Shown here piece by piece: positions 40,358-48,303 of a DNA stretch of 64,000 nt. The stretch lies in contig JBBAPZ010000003.1 of the NCBI GenBank assembly GCA_040400605.1, positions 126,507 to 190,506 on the forward strand. Direction: 5' to 3'. The notes beneath the pieces are model-generated. The model searched no databases. It saw only the letters and a list, made by a program, of their open reading frames with translations, and was not told where the DNA came from. The DNA is from Candidatus Sericytochromatia bacterium. GTDB lineage: Bacteria > Cyanobacteriota > Sericytochromatia > S15B-MN24 > JAQBPE01. Made by a program: the position numbers and the translations under genes. Each line of letters starts with the position of its first letter. Position 1 is the first letter of the stretch.

Positions 40358-41797
40358 TCAGGCTTTTTTTCGAAGGCTATCAGAGCCGACACGTTGTTGC
40401 AACCACTGTTTAAAAATCGCGGTCAACTGGTGGGTGTAAAGCAGGCGTGCCGGATAGAGCAGTTGCCATTGCAACGTTATCCAGTCCGTATCGTTGACGA
40501 GCCGCACAAGGGCTTCGGACCGGACCACGGTGTCACCGTTGAGGTGCTTGGCCACTTCTGATAACAGACGTTCAAGGTGACACCAAATCGCACAGGCCGC
40601 CTCGGCCTTGGCAAAGCCGTGCCACGGCAGTGCCTGTGCCTGACTCAAACCATACCAAAAATCGATAACCGGTCGGTTACGGGTCATCAATGCCAGGCAA
40701 TCAAGCCAGGCTTGCCTTTGCGCAGGCGTTGGTGTCCACTCCAATAAAGGCGGTGCGACGTGTGTCTGACGATGCATCAAGATGGGATCCGTGCCAAGGC
40801 CCAAATGGCGACGAATCACCGCAACCAGCGTGTCGGTTGCGTACAGCGGCAGTTGCCGATGAGCGCGTTCAATTTCGCCATAACTAAGTTTGCGACTGGT
40901 CAAATCCCGTACAACGTGGGTTAAAACGGCTTCAAGCAACGCTTGTGTGGGCTTGAGTGACAAACCTTGCTGCAAGAGTGCACGAAAGACGAAACGAAGT
41001 TCCGTGCGTGACACATAACGTTCCATTTCATGGTCATAGCCGGCATTTTGAGCTTCCGCAAGCAACAAATCCATCTGTTTTGAACCAAAAAACAAGTGGG
41101 CATGAGCCAAAAGACAGCTTTCCAGGTGTCGACTCAACGCCTGCAACCATTGCAAGCGCGTCAATTCCGCTGGTGGCTTGATCGCAGTTTCAATCGGCAT
41201 CCAGCAAATAAAGCCCCGACTGGCGGGATCACGCAGCCAATCATACGGAAAACCGGCGGGCTGCTCGGCATCCTCATCACGCAGGATACACACCTGACCC
41301 GGAAATGCTTCACCACAACAGAGAACCTGACTTCGGGCATAAAGGGTGTAGCCAAGGCTATGGTTGTGCAACGGGTCGAGCGTGACAATTAAGGGCGGCA
41401 AAGGAAAACCGAGCCCCTCACTGAGTTTGATGCGCGTCGATTCAAACCACTGTCCAATTTCAGAATGTTCCAGCCCAACGCTTGAGGCCCATTTCAAGCA
41501 TTCTCGCAACAGTTCGGAACCCAATCCAAGGCGCAATGGCGGCTCAACCAAACTGACCGCCGTCTGATCGAGTCCCCGCTCGGCATCGATGTGCCGTACG
41601 GTCCAAACTGATTCTCCCGGTTCGAGCCATAGTCCGACCGCACCGAGTTCCTCCGTGATGGTGCGCACCTGTTGCTCGGTATGCCGCATCAGAAATGCAT
41701 CAAGACCGAGATACTCCAACAGACATAATTCACCAAACAGGTAGTGACCGTGTTCCTTGCCATAGCGCGCGACCAGGCGTGTCAAAGGATGCGTCAA
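40358..41797 (-). CDS. Soluble protein containing an FHIPEP (FlhA cytoplasmic)-like domain
   Basis: R..LSEGLGFPLPPLIV, DPA...WM, LSRHLE..L.AHAH.FFG and FRALLQQGLSLK...LLEAV resemble FlhA-C. No TM segment. Confidence 0.65.
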   Translation of the reverse strand: MTHPLTRLVARYGKEHGHYLFGELCLLEYLGLDAFLMRHTEQQVRTITEELGAVGLWLEPGESVWTVRHIDAERGLDQTAVSLVEPPLRLGLGSELLRECLKWASSVGLEHSEIGQWFESTRIKLSEGLGFPLPPLIVTLDPLHNHSLGYTLYARSQVLCCGEAFPGQVCILRDEDAEQPAGFPYDWLRDPASRGFICWMPIETAIKPPAELTRLQWLQALSRHLESCLLAHAHLFFGSKQMDLLLAEAQNAGYDHEMERYVSRTELRFVFRALLQQGLSLKPTQALLEAVLTHVVRDLTSRKLSYGEIERAHRQLPLYATDTLVAVIRRHLGLGTDPILMHRQTHVAPPLLEWTPTPAQRQAWLDCLALMTRNRPVIDFWYGLSQAQALPWHGFAKAEAACAIWCHLERLLSEVAKHLNGDTVVRSEALVRLVNDTDWITLQWQLLYPARLLYTHQLTAIFKQWLQQRVGSDSLRKKA

Positions 41798-42206
41798 ACG
41801 TCACCTCTCGGCATCAAATCCTCCCATCCATCACGACACTTGGCTTCATCGCAGAGAGTGACGAAGGCCCCTCAATCATGTTCCGGTCCAAGACCCCTGT
41901 TGGTCAACCAGTCACGCAAACGCGAGCCAACAATACCCCTGAATGCCAACCGTGCAAACCCGGATGAAATCGGTCGCATCCGGGACCCAAGTCGCATCCC
42001 AAGCGTGTCGAACAAACTCCCAAAGTTAGCGCCAAACGTGACTTTCACCCGTTATGCAATACGAATCGACGACACATGGCGCCAATCCCCATCCCATCGA
42101 TCTGCACCCGGTGCATACATGACACCGATCAAGTTTTGACATTCAGTCGCGCGCTCCTTACGATTGAGCCGTGATTCGACATGATTGGGATGAGGGGTAT
42201 CGGTCA

Positions 42207-42776
42207 ATGGAGACCACGATGGGTACGACGCCATTGAATTGGCATGCATTTCTGGATATGATCAAAGGTTTGTCGAGCGAGGCGTTAACTGAGGATTGCC
42301 TGTTTGAACTTGTGCAGAGCCTTGTCATCGACTCCGGCCTCTTGGCGCCCCACATCCAGTTCAGTTCGGATGGTTATGCGCGCAACGTGCTGTTTCGCGA
42401 TGACAAACTGGAAGTCATCTGCCTGTGCTGGGAACCAGGCCAGGCGACGGCCGTTCACAGCCACGGTCGGTCATTTGGTGTCGCTTATGTTCATGAGGGC
42501 ACATTACAGGTTACTGGTTATCGACGCCTCGATCGCGGTGATGAACCCGGAAGGGCGAGCCTTCAAGCCAGTTCGGAGATACTGGCGACGGTTGGCTCCC
42601 TCACCATGGATCGCGTCGGGAGCATACATCGACTCGGGAATCCGAGTCACGCGACGCGCCGTGCCGTCTCACTCCATTTCTATGCGGGACCGCTCGACGA
42701 AATGGAAGTTTACGATTTGACGTCCGACACGTTCATTCAGCGTCCGATGCAGGCCGAACCCCTTGCATCCAGCTGA
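42207..42776 (+). CDS. Cysteine dioxygenase type I family protein
   Basis: YARN, LCWEPGQATAVHSHG, IHRLGN and SLHFY give the 3-His iron site and Ser-His-Tyr triad. Start may be 42219. Confidence 0.9.
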   Translation: METTMGTTPLNWHAFLDMIKGLSSEALTEDCLFELVQSLVIDSGLLAPHIQFSSDGYARNVLFRDDKLEVICLCWEPGQATAVHSHGRSFGVAYVHEGTLQVTGYRRLDRGDEPGRASLQASSEILATVGSLTMDRVGSIHRLGNPSHATRRAVSLHFYAGPLDEMEVYDLTSDTFIQRPMQAEPLASS

Positions 42777-42843
42777 TCGTTCCGGTATGGCCCCTGTGGG
42801 GCGTCAGACAACGACCAACACCTGCTGTCACGGACCCTGAACC

Positions 42844-43620
42844 ATGTCCTTCCCGCTCGTCTCTGGCACCTGGCAAGAACTTCACACCTTGGCTGGCCTT
42901 CACGCCGAACGTGAAGGCTTTCCCCGTTGGCAAGTCGTCCTGTGCCACGCAGGTTGGCAAGCGATCGCCTGGCATCGCCTCAGTCGTTGGCTCTACCGCA
43001 ACGGCTATCGATTCCTGGGCCGCTACCTGGCCCTATGGGGTAAACGCCTCACAGGCACCTACATTCACCCCGCGGCACAGGTGGGCCGCCTGTGTGAACT
43101 CAGTGACGGTGGCGGCATTTACATCGGCGAAAGTGCCATTGTGGGCGACAGCTGTCAAATCGGAGCCGGCGTCTTGCTGGTGGCCCACACCCGGAAACCC
43201 AACTTCGACACGCTGACTTTGCCACTCGGAACCAACCCGCTTTTGCGTGCCCACCCAGCCCTGGGCTCGCGGGTGCTCATCGAGGCAGGTGCTGTGTTAA
43301 TGGGTGACATCGTGATCGGCCACGACGCCGTTGTCGAAGCAGGAAGCCGTGTCACGCGCGATGTCCCCCATCACGGCAAGGCCCAAAACGCTCCCGCCCG
43401 AATCGGCGACGCCAGCTTTTCCCAACAGGATCCGGACGCCGCAGCACTGCTGGCCCTCGCCTCACGCGTTCACCAACTCGAAGAGCAAATCCAGATTCTC
43501 ACGTTTAAAACCCAAGCCCGACCAGGACCAGGCGATCGCCTCCAAACCAACAATCCGAACCAATACGGCCCCTTGCCCGCCATCGAACGCCTCAGCGACT
43601 ACACCGGTCTCACACCCTGA
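42844..43620 (+). CDS. Serine O-acetyltransferase (CysE)-like protein, catalytically degenerate
   Basis: HRLSRWLY, IHPAAQVG, IGESAIVGD, HPALG hexapeptide repeats and C-terminal coiled coil. Active-site residues are substituted. Confidence 0.85.
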   Translation: MSFPLVSGTWQELHTLAGLHAEREGFPRWQVVLCHAGWQAIAWHRLSRWLYRNGYRFLGRYLALWGKRLTGTYIHPAAQVGRLCELSDGGGIYIGESAIVGDSCQIGAGVLLVAHTRKPNFDTLTLPLGTNPLLRAHPALGSRVLIEAGAVLMGDIVIGHDAVVEAGSRVTRDVPHHGKAQNAPARIGDASFSQQDPDAAALLALASRVHQLEEQIQILTFKTQARPGPGDRLQTNNPNQYGPLPAIERLSDYTGLTP

Positions 43621-43875
43621 ACCTTGCGCGCCGCTGACTTGACCCGCCCCACGCGCGACATCGCGCGCGCCACAAGCCCCCAGTCAAAAACGCTGACCCG
43701 TGAACCCGCCGACGCACCCGTTCGTGCAAACAAGTGCGGATAATCTGCCCAATGGCACTTCTCTGACGCCATGTCAACCCTCCTTGGATCCCACAACTGC
43801 CTCATGGACGCTATCGGATGCTGCCACCACAATATTGCGTTCTACATCAAAAATTTAACTTCAATTGATCAATGC

Positions 43876-45597
43876 TTAACGTTGATCCCCGTGAGTCGGT
43901 GTGACTGCGGTGTGACCATCGAGCGATGCCCAAAGATCCGCCAATTGCGACTCAATCCATTGGGCGCGGGTGTCATCCGACCACACCAGGCGTCTTTGAT
44001 GCAGGTTTGCCATCAGCTGTGCAGCACTTGACGCAATGGTGCGTGCGCCGGCGGGGTCCAAGATGGTGAGCCGGGTGCGGCGTTCGAACCAGTCCCGCAA
44101 GGCGTATGCCGATTCATGTCGCACGGAATAAACCAGCTCCGCCGGATAAACAGGAATGAAAGAACCACCAAAGGGCTTGGCCCAGTCTGGATTTTCGTTG
44201 AGAATGTCACGTAATTGTGCAAAGTTGGTCCCATAACGATTGGCCAGAACGCGAACCGTTTCAAGGGGCAGGGTCCGGGTCTCGCGCTCGCATTCCTGAA
44301 CGAAGGCATCGAATGGGCGGCCGCCCAATTCGCTGCCTGAAATTGGCGCCGTTTCGATACGGGAAGGCGGGGCTTTGCGATCGCCAAGAATCCGCTCAAT
44401 GGCTTGACAGGCCATTGTCCGGTACCCTGTCAGCTTCCCGCCAGCAATCACAAAAAATCCACTCAGCGGCTCAAACACAACGTGCTCCCGCGACACCTGT
44501 GACGCTCCCAAGCCTGCCTGTGACGGCGCGATGAGCGGTCGCCAACCAGCGAAACGACCAATCACATCCTGAGAGGTCAGCTGGCTGTTCAGAACCTGGT
44601 TCGCCGCATCCAGCACATAGGCTTCTTCCGCCTCGCTCACGGTGACATCCTCATCAAGATAGTGAAAATCCCCGCTGGGTCCATCGTAATCCGTATCCGT
44701 CGTGCCGATGATCGTGCGCCCGCCCCAAGGAATCACGAACATCACCCGGGGTTCACGCTCCGACGGCGAGCACGAACGCATGACGATGGCCTGTTCGGTG
44801 AGTTGACGATTCACAACCACATGGACGCCCTTGGTTGGACGCAAATGCAAAGGCGCGTCTGGCAACACCAGACGAGTAACGGCGTCCACCCAAGGACCAG
44901 CAGCGTTGATCACCTTGCGCGCACGCAACGTTTTTTCTGCACCTGCAAGATGATCCCAAACACGAACATGCAACAAGCCGCTGGCCCCCGGCCGTGTCAC
45001 CCCCAACACCTCCACATAGTTAAACGCGCTCGCATTGCAAGCCACCGCTGACTTCAAGGTCTCAATCACCAAGCGCGCATCATCCGTAATGCCATCACAA
45101 TAGGCAAATACCCCTGATAACCGCTCCGCGCGCAATGCTGGCGCTGCCGTGATGGCTGCTTGCCGATTCAACCAGCGATGAATTCCCGACCGGCCCCGCG
45201 AAGCGAAATTGGCCAGACAATCATACAAAGTGAGCCCCACATTGACGACCCAACCGCGATCATATCCGCCCCGCACAATCGGGAAAAAATAAGTCAGACG
45301 CCTGGCGACATGCGCCGCATCCTCAAACAGGCGATCGCGTTGGGCCAACGACTCAAACACCAGCCTGAACTGCCCCTGCTCCAAGTAACGCACCCCACCG
45401 TGCAACAACTTCGAACTTTTCGAACTCGCGCCTGACGCAAAGTCATTCTTTTCAAGCAGCATCACACGCAATCCGCGCATCGCGCCTTCCCACGCAATAC
45501 CTGCTCCGACAATGCCGCCACCGATGATCACCAAATCGTAATCAATTCCACAAACACCATCATCCAACTGTTTTCGCTCGAACATCACATCAGCCAT
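43876..45597 (-). CDS. glpD: FAD-dependent glycerol-3-phosphate dehydrogenase
   Basis: IGGGIVGAG, DFASGASSKSSKLLHGGVRYLE, DDARL, KGVH, GTTD, SREH, GGKLTGYR, RRTRL. Confidence 0.95.
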   Translation of the reverse strand: MADVMFERKQLDDGVCGIDYDLVIIGGGIVGAGIAWEGAMRGLRVMLLEKNDFASGASSKSSKLLHGGVRYLEQGQFRLVFESLAQRDRLFEDAAHVARRLTYFFPIVRGGYDRGWVVNVGLTLYDCLANFASRGRSGIHRWLNRQAAITAAPALRAERLSGVFAYCDGITDDARLVIETLKSAVACNASAFNYVEVLGVTRPGASGLLHVRVWDHLAGAEKTLRARKVINAAGPWVDAVTRLVLPDAPLHLRPTKGVHVVVNRQLTEQAIVMRSCSPSEREPRVMFVIPWGGRTIIGTTDTDYDGPSGDFHYLDEDVTVSEAEEAYVLDAANQVLNSQLTSQDVIGRFAGWRPLIAPSQAGLGASQVSREHVVFEPLSGFFVIAGGKLTGYRTMACQAIERILGDRKAPPSRIETAPISGSELGGRPFDAFVQECERETRTLPLETVRVLANRYGTNFAQLRDILNENPDWAKPFGGSFIPVYPAELVYSVRHESAYALRDWFERRTRLTILDPAGARTIASSAAQLMANLHQRRLVWSDDTRAQWIESQLADLWASLDGHTAVTPTHGDQR

Positions 45598-45922
45598 ATC
45601 CCTATGTTACCTGATGAAGGTCCCTTCGCACCCCTCTCGGTAAAGCAAAAACCAGGAATCAACAACCGTTCCCCAAACCGCTTGAGCGTTTCCAAAAGCA
45701 CGGGATCGCTTAAGACAAGAAATCCGCTCAATCAAGTCACTGCCTTATCAATCGCAAGCAGTTGCGCCAGGAAACCATCAGTTTCGGTTGTCAGACGAAG
45801 TACACGCAAACACACATCAAATGCGCGTCTCAAACGCTTCCCGCCTTGATCGCACATCACACTGGCGTCTCAACGTGAGGCGCAACCATTCCGCTTAAAA
45901 CAAGCCAGTCGTTCCACCCATG

Positions 45923-45959
45923 ATCGATCGAGATCATCTCAGCCATGATCTCGATCGAT
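45923..45959. repeat. Perfect 15-bp inverted repeat rich in GATC
   Basis: ATCGATCGAGATCAT-ctcagcc-ATGATCTCGATCGAT. Confidence 0.9.
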
Positions 45960-46392
45960 GACACCAGATGACTCGTTACATCGCTTAACATTTTGACACT
46001 GACTCGACTCAGGCGTTCCGTGATAGAGGTGCGTAAAATCACATCCTGGTGCGTATCAGCCTCAAATGCACCGACGGGTCAACCACTCCCGTTTGATGTC
46101 AAGTCTTGACCGCGTGCGACATAACACGCTTGATCGGTCTTTCGACACAATGTTAACTTCAACAAGGCAACGTTTGGATTGGGGTGGCCCACGCAGTCGG
46201 CGCCAGTCACATCAAGGATGATGGACACTCGCGATTGTTCGGACGCAAGTTCAAAACCGATCGCGACTAAAAAAAATCAATCCGGTTTACGGTGCTTGGC
46301 AAAACGTTTTGAAACAGGGCCACCCGCCTGGTGGGTCTGAATCAAGACACGGTTGGGACTCAGGAACCCAGGTCTTTAAAAAACGTATAGAC

Positions 46393-46467
46393 AAAAAAAA
46401 GCGGCCGCCAGGCTGACGGCCACCTCTCAATAGGTCAATTTTGAGTGTAGCACGCCTGGCAACCGCT
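46393..46467 (-). ncRNA. Putative counter-transcribed (antisense) RNA hairpin/terminator upstream of the rep-like gene
   Basis: Minus strand AGCGGTTGCCAGGC...GCCTGGCGGCCGCT forms a 14-bp stem with two G.U pairs, has an inner CTCAA/TTGAG stem, and ends in a run of T. No minus-strand gene with coding character ends here. Confidence 0.55.
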
Positions 46468-46517
46468 GACAAGGGGTTGCGTTCATTTTTTGAAGCAGCC
46501 CGTAGAAAGTGCTGCTT

Positions 46518-47252
46518 ATGTTCTCACTGTTTGATGCGCTGTCTGAAGCGCGTAATTTGGGTTGGAATCTCTCGACGATGTTGGTTAAAGCATATGTAGA
46601 TGAACGGGGTATGCATCCAGTGGGATTGATTGCGGATGCGTGCGCGTTGTCTGTTCGAACGGTTGAACGGGCATTGGCAGTGTTGAAACAGGCGTCGTTG
46701 TCAGAAAAATCGGTTTTGACAACTTTGTCGCATGAACATGACAAACATAACAAAATTAATAAAAGCACCACGACAGAGATGGCGTGCGCGACACATCCTG
46801 ACAAGGCAGGTTTGTCGGCTACTTGGGCAACGGACCCATTGGCTGAGCGCTTGCTTGCGTGTGAGGTGTTGCCGTGGTGTGTGGAAATCATTATGACGCG
46901 GGTGCAACGGGAGGTGATTGAGCGTCAGCTTGATGCGCACGCATGGCGTTTGAAAACCGGTTATCCTTTTAAGTCGCATCCGGCGCGTTTTTTATTTCGC
47001 GCGTGTTTGAACGATTATGCGTTGCCCGATGTTCGTACCGCGGTTGCCAGCGAGCCTCAAGCGCGCGCCTTACCTGAACCAGCGCCTGCGATTGGTGCGA
47101 CGATGACGCGGGAGGGTGCCTTGAATGTCATTCGGATGGGGTTGCGTTCGCGCTTGCCCGTGATGCGTGAAGAAGCGTTGCGGCTTGCGCGGTCGTGGGA
47201 CATTGATGTGTCACTGTTGCGCGGTGCGGCGTTGACGGGTGCGCTGGCTTAG
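46518..47252 (+). CDS. HTH plus DnaD/replisome-organiser-like putative replication initiator
   Basis: N-terminal HTH IADACALSVRTVERALAVL, low-complexity linker HEHDKHNKINKSTTT, C-terminal domain REVIERQL..W...HPARFLFRACLNDY. Confidence 0.6.
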   Translation: MFSLFDALSEARNLGWNLSTMLVKAYVDERGMHPVGLIADACALSVRTVERALAVLKQASLSEKSVLTTLSHEHDKHNKINKSTTTEMACATHPDKAGLSATWATDPLAERLLACEVLPWCVEIIMTRVQREVIERQLDAHAWRLKTGYPFKSHPARFLFRACLNDYALPDVRTAVASEPQARALPEPAPAIGATMTREGALNVIRMGLRSRLPVMREEALRLARSWDIDVSLLRGAALTGALA

Positions 47253-47477
47253 ACTCATATCGCCGGGTGATTTGGCCGTAACCACGGTGTTTGAACCGGC
47301 AGCGAGTGTCCGTCCCTGAACTGCTCGCAGTGCTTTGATAGCCTTGAGCATGCGGCAACGCGTGGTTTGGTGATTGGCTGTTGGGCTGGCGCCGGGTCTC
47401 GGCACGCGTTTTCCTGATGTTTTGCAGCCAATGCAAACCTTTTGAACGGAAACCGATGCGTCACCGGATAACGCTTG

Positions 47478-48155
47478 TCACGTGGTAGGGCTGTTGGTCT
47501 GCTTGGATTGCGTGCACAGATGGGGGGATTGTCGTTGCAGGGCGGCTGGGGCGAGTTGGATTAGGCGATCGACGACATCGTCAAGCACGTGGTTGTGGTC
47601 GGTGATGTGATTGAGGCTTGTCATGACCGTGGCGTCTAGCCCACAGGGGTTAAGCATGCGAAAGGCTTGCAAGTCTGTTGAGACGTTGAGCGCGAGACCG
47701 TGATACGTGACCCAGTGGCTGACCGCGATGCCCACCGAAGCGATTTTGGATGAACCAACCCACACGCCGGTCAGTTGGGGGTGCCGGTGCGCGGTAATCG
47801 CATAGGTGTCAAGCAACGTGATGAGCCAGCCTTCCAGGCGTCGCAGATACGCATGCAGGTCCCGTTCGTGCGTTTGGAGGCGCAAGAGTGGGTAAGCCAC
47901 AATTTGTCCGGGACCGTGGTAGGTTGCATCGCCGCCGCGTTCGATAGCCTGAACGGGTACGTTGCATGACCCATGGACATTCGTATTGGCGTTTTTCTTA
48001 CGGCCCAGGGTGATGATGGGATCGTGTTCAACGACCAGTAGGGTATCGGGGGCGAGGCCATCTCTGATGGCGATTAACAAATCGCGTTGGCGTTGCCAGG
48101 TGACGCCATGGGGTTCGCGGCCGAGCCATTGGATGTCAAGTGGTGCGGTAGGCAA
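47478..48155 (-). CDS. lipB: Octanoyltransferase LipB
   Basis: VEHDPIITLG, RGGDATYHGPGQIVAYP, KIASVG, HGLALNV, PCGL. TTG start after GGAGG. Confidence 0.95.
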   Translation of the reverse strand: MPTAPLDIQWLGREPHGVTWQRQRDLLIAIRDGLAPDTLLVVEHDPIITLGRKKNANTNVHGSCNVPVQAIERGGDATYHGPGQIVAYPLLRLQTHERDLHAYLRRLEGWLITLLDTYAITAHRHPQLTGVWVGSSKIASVGIAVSHWVTYHGLALNVSTDLQAFRMLNPCGLDATVMTSLNHITDHNHVLDDVVDRLIQLAPAALQRQSPHLCTQSKQTNSPTT

Positions 48156-48303
48156 ATGGGGCTTCCTCCGGGAAGTGTAACGGATAGCAGATTTTAGCAT
48201 TCCTGGCTGACTGATTTGCCAATCCTGATGGAACGGGGGTACGATGAAAGCTGATTCCGTTGGGCTCATCGATAGATGAGTGTCGTAGGTGGGGAGCTGA
48301 TTT

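Noticed and set aside
45600..46500. Chromosomal oriC
   Set aside because: I saw no TTATCCACA-type DnaA box cluster, and dnaA/dnaN are not nearby.
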